Made by a program: the position numbers and the translations under genes
Shown here: positions 1 to 9,702 of the stretch, one piece after another
Layout: each line of letters starts with the position of its first letter
Position numbering within the stretch: the first letter of the stretch is position 1
The notes under the pieces: model-generated
Seen by the model: only the letters and a program-made list of their open reading frames with translations
What the model was told of the DNA's origin: nothing
Database searches by the model: none
From: a virus
Direction: 5' to 3' (one strand)
IMG/VR virus record: IMGVR_UViG_3300010149_000001
Span: 17,677 to 81,676 of that record
DNA length: 64,000 nt

Positions 1-2
1 TC

Positions 3-2477
3 TGGGAGATTCGTGTTGACCTGCCATCTCAGATTCGTGAGGTTCGTGAGTTCTTCTATCCACATTATTGTTCAGATGTTTCATGGCCGAATCTGGTCAG
101 ATGGATTGCTGGTTGGGGTGCGGTTATCGAGGTCAATACGGACAAACTGAAATCCACAGCAGAAATCCTCCGCCCCGTTCACATCAAAAAATCAAATCAC
201 GATTTGTCAGAGTTCAAACTGAACGCTCTGTATTATGACATTGAAACAGCAGATTCTCTGGACATGGAGGGAACTCCAGAACCGATTGTCTCCATAGCCA
301 TCTATGACGAGGCCACAGACACTCACGAATGTGCAACAATACGCCACACCAGCGAGCGTCAAGTCAGACGATTCATGTCCAGCCAGAAGGCTCTGGAGTC
401 CGTTGTTGAGCATAAGAATCCAATCCCACCGCTGGTGGCTGAAAGAGTCCATGTGCATAACATGGAGGGCGAGGATGATATTGAGCGAGAGGCGGCACTT
501 CTTCATTGGTTCAAGCGAATGCTGGACAAGTATGACCCAGATGTCATCGCTGGTCAAAACATTCTGGGCTATGACAACCCGTATGTCAAGAACCGATGTC
601 GCAACCAACGCAGAGCGATGGAGAGGGAACACAGAGGTGCAGTTCCTGTCTGGGCAACCTATCCCAAACTGTTCACCAAACACAAAGGGCTGATGCCCTC
701 GTTTGATACCAAGAAGGTCTATGCAGAGCAGGTTCAAGGTGCGGCGGCTACAACAGGGTCAGCCAGCCTTGCATGGATGGGAGAGTCCACTCTGGGCTAT
801 GGCAAAGTGCCACGCACATCAATCAAAGAGATGATGAAAAACGACCCGATGATGTTGGCTGTGTATAACATCTGGGACAATGTGGTGGCGGCTCGCTGTA
901 TGCAGAAACTTGACCTGCTGGCGTTTTATCAGATGAAGGTCGGATTCCATAACTCAACAATCCATGCGGCTCACAGCAACATGATGCTGGTCGAGGACAT
1001 GATGGGACACTTGCTCTGGGACAGGGATTCTGTCATGCCATCGCTTGATGTTGCTCGCTCTCAATTGAAGTCTGGAGGAATCAGTCAAGGTGGATTCGTC
1101 ATGGGCGCACCATCTGGCATCTGGAGGAACGCATTTGAATTGGATAACTCAATGGAATACCCATCTGTGATTATCACATGCAACGCTGACATCAGCACCA
1201 AAGTCAACCCAGAGGATTATCCAGACGGTTATCCATTCCCTGTGGCAACAACACCGCTGGGAACGGTCTATCGCCAAGACATTGAGGGATTGATGCCCAA
1301 TATCCTCAGAGGTCTGGCTGGCGAGCGTGAGCGTGTCAGAGGCGAGATGCGGGTTGCATTTGAATCTGGGAATGATGAACTTGGCAAGCGACTCGACCAA
1401 CGACAGCGGGTCATGAAAGAGAACATGAACTCGTGGTATGGAGTTCTTGGTTCTGGTGCGACAGAAAAAACTGCGGGCAGACCGTTCAGAATGGTTGATG
1501 GAGATATTGGCTCTGATATAACAGACATCGCCAGACGACACAACGATTGGAACAAGCACCTCATCAATCGCATCACACTTCTATTCAGCAAGGATGGCAT
1601 CTATCCAGACCCAGAAGCATTGAGACATCAAAACATTGATAGACTCCCATCTCATGGCGAAGGTGATGCGGAGGTCGTGCGACTCCGTTTTGAGACCATC
1701 TATCAAGACACAGATTCATGCAAGACAGCCATCGTCAATCACGATGAGGCTGAGGCCAAAATCAGACCGTTCACTCCAGAGGACATCATGTCATGTGCAA
1801 ACATCATGACCAAAATCCTCAACGATTCCTATGATGAGTTTGTTCAGACAACGATTGGAGTTCCTAAGAATGAGTTTTTCAAAGTGAAGCCAGATGCCTA
1901 TTATGCCAGATACTTTCAATGGGGAGTGAAGAAGCGATACGCCTATGTTGACTTCGATGGCAAACATGGTTATCGTGGTGTTGAGATGCGACGGTCATCC
2001 TCACCGCAGGTTGTCAAGTCATGTCAAGAGCGATTGTTCAATGCAATTTTGAATGGCGATTCCAGAACTGAACTCAACGGACTCATCAGAGATATTGAAT
2101 CCGATATGTTGGATGAGACCTTGACTTCTGCTGGAGACTTTGGACAACCGATGGGAATGAAGAAAGAAGGAACTCAAGCATACAAGGCGGCGATGTGGTC
2201 AAACAAAAATCTGGGAACTCAGTTTAATCTGGGAGACAAACCCGTCATGTATCTGTCATCTAAGACCAAGAACGGACTCCCAGCCAACAGGCTGGTGGCA
2301 ATCGAATGGGGCGACTCTCCAGAGGACTACGGCATAGTCGTGGACAGAGCCAAAGCGATTGAGAAGTTCTTTGTTGACTCCAATTCATTCACTCAGATTC
2401 TGGGTGCTGTGGGAACATCATGGAAATCCGCCAGAGCAGGGATGAGTCAGTCCAGCATGAGCGAGTGGTTTCGATGA
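3..2477 (+). CDS. polB: Family B DNA polymerase (5' end lies outside the window)
   Basis: Frame is open from position 3. Exo I YYDIET, Exo II NILGYDNPY, Exo III YNIWD, motif A DNSMEYPS, motif B KENMNSWYG, motif C YQDTDS, and KKRY. Confidence 0.96.
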   Translation, partial: WEIRVDLPSQIREVREFFYPHYCSDVSWPNLVRWIAGWGAVIEVNTDKLKSTAEILRPVHIKKSNHDLSEFKLNALYYDIETADSLDMEGTPEPIVSIAIYDEATDTHECATIRHTSERQVRRFMSSQKALESVVEHKNPIPPLVAERVHVHNMEGEDDIEREAALLHWFKRMLDKYDPDVIAGQNILGYDNPYVKNRCRNQRRAMEREHRGAVPVWATYPKLFTKHKGLMPSFDTKKVYAEQVQGAAATTGSASLAWMGESTLGYGKVPRTSIKEMMKNDPMMLAVYNIWDNVVAARCMQKLDLLAFYQMKVGFHNSTIHAAHSNMMLVEDMMGHLLWDRDSVMPSLDVARSQLKSGGISQGGFVMGAPSGIWRNAFELDNSMEYPSVIITCNADISTKVNPEDYPDGYPFPVATTPLGTVYRQDIEGLMPNILRGLAGERERVRGEMRVAFESGNDELGKRLDQRQRVMKENMNSWYGVLGSGATEKTAGRPFRMVDGDIGSDITDIARRHNDWNKHLINRITLLFSKDGIYPDPEALRHQNIDRLPSHGEGDAEVVRLRFETIYQDTDSCKTAIVNHDEAEAKIRPFTPEDIMSCANIMTKILNDSYDEFVQTTIGVPKNEFFKVKPDAYYARYFQWGVKKRYAYVDFDGKHGYRGVEMRRSSSPQVVKSCQERLFNAILNGDSRTELNGLIRDIESDMLDETLTSAGDFGQPMGMKKEGTQAYKAAMWSNKNLGTQFNLGDKPVMYLSSKTKNGLPANRLVAIEWGDSPEDYGIVVDRAKAIEKFFVDSNSFTQILGAVGTSWKSARAGMSQSSMSEWFR

Positions 2478-2932
2478 CCGCTAAGAGCCAATGGCGTGAA
2501 GCCTATGGCCTTCTTCACACTAAATGCCACTTGACCCACCACGAGATTCGTGCGATATTCCAAGAGCATCTGGGAGGGCTGTCATATCACAGGAACATGC
2601 TACATTCAGAATACAAGAAGGACAAAGACCGCTGGCAGAGCGAGGCCAATACAATGGCGTTGCTGGTGAACAATCCAGATGTGGATGCGTTTCTGTCTGC
2701 GATGAACTCAGTCATTTATGATGGTGGGCAAGCGACTGTTCCTTATACACTTGTCAAGGAGGTCAGCAAACTCGTGAGGTCATGGAATGAATGGGGTGAA
2801 TCTGAACGGCAGAGAATCAACATTCAGACCAAGAGAGTCCTCGCTCGTGAGCGAACTTCTGGATTGAAAGCGTGGACTGAACGGCACTTGCTGACATATT
2901 TGCGTATCAACGGGATAAGGATAGAAGTCTGA
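2474..2932 (+). CDS. Hypothetical protein
   Basis: ATGA overlap with the polB stop; 152-aa ORF. Confidence 0.7.
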   Translation: MTAKSQWREAYGLLHTKCHLTHHEIRAIFQEHLGGLSYHRNMLHSEYKKDKDRWQSEANTMALLVNNPDVDAFLSAMNSVIYDGGQATVPYTLVKEVSKLVRSWNEWGESERQRINIQTKRVLARERTSGLKAWTERHLLTYLRINGIRIEV

Positions 2933-3044
2933 CTTCTTTAGTTCCCTAAGTGGATATGCTTATATGGGAGGCTGTCGTGGGACAGGATAAGTCGGCCACG
3001 AGACAAACGCCGATGACAACCAAAAACAAGGAGACACAGATAAT

Positions 3045-4214
3045 ATGGGACTAATTGAAAACATGAGAGATGCCGTTGAGTTCAACGGTGGCAAACTGAC
3101 AGAAGAACAATACTTGGAAAAAGTGCTGGAGATAATCGAAAGCGAAGGTGGCTCAACCTCCATCGCTTCTCTGAAATCCAACGCATTCAATTCTGCTCGT
3201 ATGGAGAAGGCTGGAATCACCAGACTGACCATCGGCAAAGACAAGTTCGTTTGGACAACCGCTATGGTTGAAGGAATGCTTTCTGGCAACGCTACACCAA
3301 TGCCAACAACAACAATGGTCAACAATGTCAATGCACCAGAAGCAACAGACGATGGCTACTTCTATGGAATCCGCCGACGCTCTCCAGATGAATACCCAGA
3401 ACACATGCAAGCATACATCATCCCTCGTGGTTCACTCAAGTTTGTTGAATCAGAAAAGGGCGAGATGCGCTTGCTTGCTGTCGCATTCAAGAACGGCTGG
3501 TATGTTTCCAGCAACGGACCCAAAGGCTGTGGCAAGACAATGGCTATGATGATGTTCGCTTCTGAGGTCGGTATTCCATTCATGCGAATTAACTGCTCAG
3601 AAGGTTTCACAGAAGAGTCCTTCATTGGCTACAACACACTCATTGACGGTGAAATCACTTGGATTGACGGAGTTCTCCCAGAGAGCCTCCGATACGGTGC
3701 TTTCCTTTGCTTCGATGAGTTCCGCCACGCTCGCCCAGAGATTATGACCGCATGGAATCCTGTTGGCGACTCTGGCACTCTTGTATTGCCTCAGAACAAC
3801 AACGAGGTCATCAAGGCTCACGCTGACTTCCGCACCTTCGCAACCATGAACCCAATCGAAGGCTACTCTGGTGGACAAGATGTCAACCAAGCAACATCTG
3901 ACCGATTCGCTATGTCTCTTGAGGCTACATACCTCCCAGCAGACTCTGAAATCCGTGTCATCTGTGAACAGTCTGGTGTTTCAAACCCAGCCATCGCTCG
4001 TCAATTCGTGCAATTGGCAAACGACCTTCGCAACCTCAAGGCTCAACATGACCTTGAGTCTGACACATCAACCCGTATGCTCATCAGCATGATGCAAGCA
4101 ACAACAGATTTGTCTGTTGCTGAAATCGTTGAGTATATCATGATTGGTCGCTATCAACCACACGAAGCCGAACTCATCAAGACAACGGCTCGTGCAAGGT
4201 TGTCTGACTACTGA
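3045..4214 (+). CDS. MoxR-family AAA+ ATPase (CbbQ/NirQ/CobS-like)
   Basis: Walker A GPKGCGKT, Walker B CFDEF, FRTFATMNP..GY.G and DRF motifs; AGGAG SD upstream. Confidence 0.9.
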   Translation: MGLIENMRDAVEFNGGKLTEEQYLEKVLEIIESEGGSTSIASLKSNAFNSARMEKAGITRLTIGKDKFVWTTAMVEGMLSGNATPMPTTTMVNNVNAPEATDDGYFYGIRRRSPDEYPEHMQAYIIPRGSLKFVESEKGEMRLLAVAFKNGWYVSSNGPKGCGKTMAMMMFASEVGIPFMRINCSEGFTEESFIGYNTLIDGEITWIDGVLPESLRYGAFLCFDEFRHARPEIMTAWNPVGDSGTLVLPQNNNEVIKAHADFRTFATMNPIEGYSGGQDVNQATSDRFAMSLEATYLPADSEIRVICEQSGVSNPAIARQFVQLANDLRNLKAQHDLESDTSTRMLISMMQATTDLSVAEIVEYIMIGRYQPHEAELIKTTARARLSDY

Positions 4215-4240
4215 ATACAATTCTCTGGTCTCGTGCAAAC

Positions 4241-4290
4241 GGGCTGGGGGGTATTGCACGAGGCTATCTGTGTCTCAAACCCCCAGCCCA
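4241..4290 (+). terminator. GC-rich inverted repeat after the AAA gene (terminator-like or 3' stabilising hairpin)
   Basis: GGGCTGGGGG...CCCCCAGCCC, a perfect 10-bp stem. Confidence 0.5.
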
Positions 4291-4328
4291 CCTTGCATTT
4301 GATAAGGGTGGGTTCAGAACCCCAGAGC

Positions 4329-4484
4329 ATGACCAAAGAACTTGAACTCAGAGTCGCAGAACTTGAACAACGAATCGCCACGCTTGAAAGAATGATTGAT
4401 GGGATGGCAGATTCAATTCGACCACGCTCAATGCCACACGGCCAAGTCCGTCTGGACAGATTCGATGGCGAGCGTCATGGATGA
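4329..4484 (+). CDS. Small coiled-coil protein
   Basis: MTKELELRVAELEQRIATLE heptad pattern; TTGATAAG box about 29 nt upstream. Confidence 0.65.
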   Translation: MTKELELRVAELEQRIATLERMIDGMADSIRPRSMPHGQVRLDRFDGERHG

Positions 4485-5358
4485 ACTCTCAGTCTCTGAA
4501 CTGATTGGTGCGAAGCGACACTTTGCCCCTGTGCAATCATGGTTTGATTCTTGGGGCTATGGAACGCCCTCTGTCTATCCTTTGATTCTGGTGGGTGATT
4601 CTGGCGTTGGCAAGTCAACAGTCGCCAGAGCCTATGCTCAGAAGGCTGGATATGACATTCTTGAATCCCACGCTGATTCCAAGCGTGATGCAAAGACATT
4701 CAACAAGACATTCAGCGAGGCCAGAAACAGAACCTTCTTTGGTCAGAATCGTTGTTTGATTATCGAGGATGCTGGTGCAATCTCAACCTCAGCATGGAAA
4801 ACATTTGATGATGTCATCAAGGCGAAAGCATTCCCAATGATAATCATCGCTCAACATGAATCAGAAGTCGGATGGCGTTATCGCAAATCTGGATTGGTTC
4901 ACGAGATTCCAGAACCAACCGCATCTGACAAGACTCAGTTATTGAACTCAATATGCCCAGACCACACTCCAGAACAAATCTCGTGGATTGCAGAAAACTC
5001 ATCCTCATGGCGAAGTGCCAAACATCTGGCGATGACTACTCCATCGAACTTCATTGACACACAGATTGAACCTCCAGAGCGAACTCGATTTGGACAGGAT
5101 GAAGTCTCTGGGATTCTGTCTGGTCAGTATCAGAGCAAGGAACTTTCATCCCATCCTCTGGCATTCATCCAGACCGCAGAATGGAACGCTGGCAATCCAG
5201 AACATATCTGCGAGGCCATGAGACTTCACTCTCTGGCATGGGTCGTGGAGGGGTTGTCAAAGGTCTCTATGGCATACACGGCAACGCTCAGAACCGACAC
5301 TCAACACAAGCCACCATTCAGAAAACGGACATTGAAAGGCTCTGCGAGGGTCTGGTGA
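4477..5358 (+). CDS. Clamp-loader (RFC large subunit-like) AAA+ ATPase
   Basis: Walker A GDSGVGKST; GYDILESHADSKR resembles the RFC E.NASD.R box; degenerate Walker B LIIEDAG. Start could also be 4465. Confidence 0.75.
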   Translation: MDELSVSELIGAKRHFAPVQSWFDSWGYGTPSVYPLILVGDSGVGKSTVARAYAQKAGYDILESHADSKRDAKTFNKTFSEARNRTFFGQNRCLIIEDAGAISTSAWKTFDDVIKAKAFPMIIIAQHESEVGWRYRKSGLVHEIPEPTASDKTQLLNSICPDHTPEQISWIAENSSSWRSAKHLAMTTPSNFIDTQIEPPERTRFGQDEVSGILSGQYQSKELSSHPLAFIQTAEWNAGNPEHICEAMRLHSLAWVVEGLSKVSMAYTATLRTDTQHKPPFRKRTLKGSARVW

Positions 5359-5535
5359 AAAACGATAGACTGAGTTCCATTTCTAAGCAAATCAATTTTA
5401 GGTATCAACATACCACCCCACCTCTTCAAACAGAGATAGGGCATGTTTTGGGGGTATTTCTCAATGGATTGAGAATCATACTTGTTCAAGCCGATAAGTG
5501 GGAACGCTTATATGGGTGGCTGTGCTGGGAAGGGT

Positions 5536-7794
5536 ATGAGCCACTCACCGAATGCGGGAATTGAAGTCAAGAACCCACAGCGAAAGTTCCAGATGAAAAG
5601 CCGTGTGCGAACCCTAAACCGTGTCGCAACCGTCATGTCTGGTGAACTTATCAATGTTGGAACACCTGTCAAGAAAGTCGTCGTTGACCCAAGAGGTCGT
5701 GCGGCTACTGACGGCGAGACTGTCTGGATTCCTCTGAAAGTTCACGAGGATGAGCGTGTCAACCGTATGGCTCAAGAAGCAATCCTCGCTCACGAAGTCG
5801 CTGGTCATCTCCGATACACAGACTTTGGTGCTTGGAAAAAGATTGGCGATGAAATCAAGCGTGGCAACGCTGACCGTATGCTTCACGACTTCACCAACAT
5901 TCTTGAGGATGCTCGTGTCAACCACCTGCTCTCCCAAGACTTTGGTGGCTCTGGCAAGCGTCTGCTTGCTACTCAGCGCATCTTCATGCAACGCCACCGT
6001 GATTCATGGGCTGGCAAGACTGTTGATGAAATCAACCCACGCCAAGCGGCAATCATCGCTATGATGACAGAAGCAATCGCTCACGAACCACACTTCTTTG
6101 AACATGTCCCAGAAGTCGTTGCATACATGGATGAAGTTCGCACTATCTGTGCAACAGCAATCAGCCAACCAAACACGGCTCAAGTCATCAAGCAAGCAAA
6201 GAGAATGCTCAAAGTCTATCGCACCCACTTCCCAGAGGATGCTTCTGACGACCAAGACACATTCGGTATGCCAAACGGTGCAGATGCAGAAGGCATCATG
6301 ACCGACGACATGTCTCCAGAAGAGATTGAGAAGATGGCTCAGAAGCAAGCAAGCAAGAATGCAAAGCCAGAAGAAGTCAGCCGTCAGAGATTCCAAGACC
6401 TCAAGAAGAAAATCGAGGAACTCAAAGAAGCCGCTGAGAAGGCCGCTAAAGCGCAAGAAGAGTCTGATGCTACTCCAGAGGCTGGAGATGCAAACGAAGG
6501 CTCTGAGGGCGAAGGAGAGGGCGACTCTGAGGAATCTGGTGCTGGTGCTGGCGAGTCTGATGAAGAAGCAGACGGCGAAGGTGCTGGCGAGGGCGATTCT
6601 GGCGAAGGTGCTGGAGATGGCTCTGAGGGCGATTCTGAGGGCGAAGGCGACTCTGGTGCATCTGGCGAAGGCGAGGGCGAAGGAGAGGCTGACAGCGCAT
6701 CAGAAACAGGCGAATCCACAGAAGGAACAACCTCTGACGACTTGGGCGACATTGACTCTGGCTCAGACGAGATGAACGCTGGTGGTGCAAAGGGCGCAGA
6801 CCTATCCGACATTGACATGGATGAGATGTGGGCTGAACTCCAAGCAGAGATGGATGCAGAACGCCAAGACGCTTTCGACATGCAGAAGGACTTCTCTGAT
6901 GAAGTGGATGCAAGCCAAGACTCCAACGACAACATTGACGCTGAGTTCGACACTTCTCTTGAAGGCGATGAAAGCGGCCACCAATGCCACATCACTCACA
7001 CCACTCAAGAGTTCATTGACAGAGGCGACATTGATACAGACTCTCTGGCTCAAGGCTTCTTGGACATCGTTGCTGAGAACAAGTCCTCAATCACCACTAT
7101 GGTCAACGAGATGAAGAGACTCTTGAAGGGCAACAACAACAAGCATGTGCGTGGTCTAAAGCGTGGAATGCTTGACTCCAAGCGCATCGCTTTTCACAAG
7201 ACCAATGACCGCTTGTTCATGCGAAAGAATGAGCCAAAGCGAGCAGAAGCAAATGTCATGATTCTCATTGACTCCAGCGGCTCAATGGGCGGCTCTCGTG
7301 CAGAATCAGCGGCTCGTGCGGCGGTTGTATTCGCAGAAGTCATGGACAAACTTGGCTGGGGCTGTGAGGTCGTTGACTTCTCATCCAGCCGACACACAGC
7401 AATCAGAGTTCGCAAGCAAATGCAAGCACCTTTGAACAACATCACTCGTGCGGCTATCCGCCAACCAACCGCTGGTGGATGCAACGGTGATGGCTATGCT
7501 GTCGAGTGGTGCTTAGACCGCTTGTCCAAGTTCTCTGGCAACCGCATGTTGTTCGTCTTGTCTGACGGTCAACCATCCGGACCCGCACCTTCTCACATGG
7601 ACAACGACACCCACTTGAAGTTCGTTGTTGACAACGCACCAAAGGACATTGGATTGTTCTCAGTCGGCATTGACGGCATGGACACAGGCGCATACTACTC
7701 CAACGCTGTCATCAACCGCAACAACGCTGACTTGGTGAAGGACTGTATGCCTGTTATCCGCAAGATGGTTCGCACAGTCAAGAACAAAGCATGA
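5536..7794 (+). CDS. vWA-domain protein with N-terminal HExxH metallopeptidase-like domain (CobT-like; likely MoxR partner)
   Basis: LAHEVAGH, NILEDARVN, long acidic G/E/D/S linker, MIDAS DSSGS and LSDGQP. Confidence 0.88.
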   Translation: MSHSPNAGIEVKNPQRKFQMKSRVRTLNRVATVMSGELINVGTPVKKVVVDPRGRAATDGETVWIPLKVHEDERVNRMAQEAILAHEVAGHLRYTDFGAWKKIGDEIKRGNADRMLHDFTNILEDARVNHLLSQDFGGSGKRLLATQRIFMQRHRDSWAGKTVDEINPRQAAIIAMMTEAIAHEPHFFEHVPEVVAYMDEVRTICATAISQPNTAQVIKQAKRMLKVYRTHFPEDASDDQDTFGMPNGADAEGIMTDDMSPEEIEKMAQKQASKNAKPEEVSRQRFQDLKKKIEELKEAAEKAAKAQEESDATPEAGDANEGSEGEGEGDSEESGAGAGESDEEADGEGAGEGDSGEGAGDGSEGDSEGEGDSGASGEGEGEGEADSASETGESTEGTTSDDLGDIDSGSDEMNAGGAKGADLSDIDMDEMWAELQAEMDAERQDAFDMQKDFSDEVDASQDSNDNIDAEFDTSLEGDESGHQCHITHTTQEFIDRGDIDTDSLAQGFLDIVAENKSSITTMVNEMKRLLKGNNNKHVRGLKRGMLDSKRIAFHKTNDRLFMRKNEPKRAEANVMILIDSSGSMGGSRAESAARAAVVFAEVMDKLGWGCEVVDFSSSRHTAIRVRKQMQAPLNNITRAAIRQPTAGGCNGDGYAVEWCLDRLSKFSGNRMLFVLSDGQPSGPAPSHMDNDTHLKFVVDNAPKDIGLFSVGIDGMDTGAYYSNAVINRNNADLVKDCMPVIRKMVRTVKNKA

Positions 7795-7913
7795 GGAATT
7801 GACATGACAAAGAAGCCCAATTATCCCAGAGGAATCTGGCCGAATATCAAGCAAAACAAACGCAACCCACGAAGGAGTCCCAAGACGACTTTGACATTCA
7901 AGAAGGTGGTCAA

Positions 7914-9215
7914 GTGAACGAGATTGCAGAACAGACTTCACCATCATACACGATGGTTGGTGAGCATATACCAGAGGTTCAAGCGTTATTCCTCACGCCG
8001 ATGACAGGCAGAGGCGAGATGCCCAAAGGTCAGCATCCAGAGGTCAGAGCAAAGGCGAATCAATTCATTTACAACATGGATGCCTTCACCTATGATGGCG
8101 ACAGAATCTGGGTTGACCAATGTGCAAATCCAGCGACTCCAGAATGGTTGCAGGGATTTGATTGGGAACATCATGCTTCCACTCCAAACGGCATCTCGTT
8201 TGAACAAGAGTTTGAAATCAATAGCCACATTGAATATCAATCATCAAATCACGAATATCTGTCATCTGCCAACAGTTTGGCTCTGCTCATGCTGGGCTGT
8301 TCTGAGATGGCTCTGAGGCAACAACACATGGACAATGGCTATGACCCAGCCAGACATTGGTATTCGCTCTTAAACCCTGTTTGGCAGACCATATTCGACA
8401 AGGCTGAGTATGATGCCAGAGAATGGACTTTTGGAACGGAGAGGACACTCAAACTGACGGTTGTTCAAGTGATGGGTTTTGATGATGACACCAACACCGT
8501 TTATGCTCGGATATTCCAGCCAGATGGTGCATCTGACCAAGACGGTCTTTGTCGTGAAGGAATCGCTCAGAAAGCACTCCTATCATTCCCATTCAACAAT
8601 GTGGATGGCGTTGAAAGAGGCGACATCATGATTGTCTGGACAGACCGATGGATAAGTGCAGACTCACGAGTCTTTGATGCTGTGAATCTCACCGACCATC
8701 CATCACCATCTCACATCTCTGCCAGAGCAAGAGATTGGTTGACTCACGATACTGACACCCCGATTGTCAACCTCTCCAATCCAGATGCAATCAAACCTCC
8801 ACGATACTATGGAACAGGCATGGCTTTGGAGGTTGGAGACATCACGCCGACTCACATGATTCATACATCTCGCAACAACGCATTCGGATTCTGGATGGCG
8901 AGCAAATTGTATTCTGAACTCTGCCAATCTGGAGACATCACATCTGGCGATGTATCGGACTCGATACCCGATTTGTTCATCCCAGCATTCAGAGACAAAC
9001 GAGGCCAGAAAGTCATTGACTTGGCGAGTCCATTCTTCCCACATTATCATGATGAAATCAGATGTTCAACATGCAACGGCAGAGTTCTAATCAAGGCCAG
9101 ACCAGACAACAAACAGACCAAAGCAACCTGTCCACATTGTTCAACAAAGGACACGATTCTATTCCCACACCTTACACCAACCAACACGGTTAAAGCGGTG
9201 GGACACGACGAATGA
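7914..9215 (+). CDS. Hypothetical protein with C-terminal Zn ribbon
   Basis: 433-aa ORF with CSTC...CPHC near the C-terminus; GGTGG upstream of the GTG start. Confidence 0.7.
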   Translation: MNEIAEQTSPSYTMVGEHIPEVQALFLTPMTGRGEMPKGQHPEVRAKANQFIYNMDAFTYDGDRIWVDQCANPATPEWLQGFDWEHHASTPNGISFEQEFEINSHIEYQSSNHEYLSSANSLALLMLGCSEMALRQQHMDNGYDPARHWYSLLNPVWQTIFDKAEYDAREWTFGTERTLKLTVVQVMGFDDDTNTVYARIFQPDGASDQDGLCREGIAQKALLSFPFNNVDGVERGDIMIVWTDRWISADSRVFDAVNLTDHPSPSHISARARDWLTHDTDTPIVNLSNPDAIKPPRYYGTGMALEVGDITPTHMIHTSRNNAFGFWMASKLYSELCQSGDITSGDVSDSIPDLFIPAFRDKRGQKVIDLASPFFPHYHDEIRCSTCNGRVLIKARPDNKQTKATCPHCSTKDTILFPHLTPTNTVKAVGHDE

Positions 9216-9228
9216 GATGTGATGAGAC

Positions 9229-9702
9229 ATGGCAAAAAGGATTCCAAAACAATTGAAGCGAGCAATACTGACCAATCTGGCGAAAGCCAACGGGGAGACC
9301 CTCAATTCTGCTCAATTAGCAGAGCGTGTCAATGCTGACCCAGAACTCCCAGAGAACTATCGAAAGACGGCCAAACAATTGAACTTCGTGATGAAGCAGA
9401 TTGGTCAAGAGTTCGATGATGTGAACCAAGTGATTCTGAGTCGCAACGGTGTCAGCCATCATGGAACTGCCAGATTCAGAATGGGCTTTCAAACCAACAT
9501 GACATTGGCTGAGGCTGAGAACGCTGTGGGAGTCGTCAAGAAGCCCAAGAGCAACCTCAAGCAAATCACCGTCAATCTGCCAGAGGACTGTGTTGAATAC
9601 ATCAAAGCATGGCGAGCAAACGGCGTTGCCGCTGGTCGTGCTGTTGAAGCACTCATCAGAGCAGACATTGAAATCAATGGGTTGCCAGATAATGACGAAT
9701 AG
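9229..9702 (+). CDS. Putative transcription regulator (wHTH-like N-terminus, ribbon-helix-helix C-terminus)
   Basis: KQITVNLPEDCVEYIKAW...AVEALIR fits the CopG/RHH pattern. Confidence 0.55.
   Translation: MAKRIPKQLKRAILTNLAKANGETLNSAQLAERVNADPELPENYRKTAKQLNFVMKQIGQEFDDVNQVILSRNGVSHHGTARFRMGFQTNMTLAEAENAVGVVKKPKSNLKQITVNLPEDCVEYIKAWRANGVAAGRAVEALIRADIEINGLPDNDE

Noticed and set aside
3-2477. Intein or split in PolB
   Set aside because: All motifs lie in one continuous frame with only a short insertion before motif C, and no intein termini were seen.
6384-6995. Antisense Ser/Pro-rich ORFs (also 32836-33507 and 12856-13272)
   Set aside because: Shadow frames of low-complexity sense-strand coding regions.
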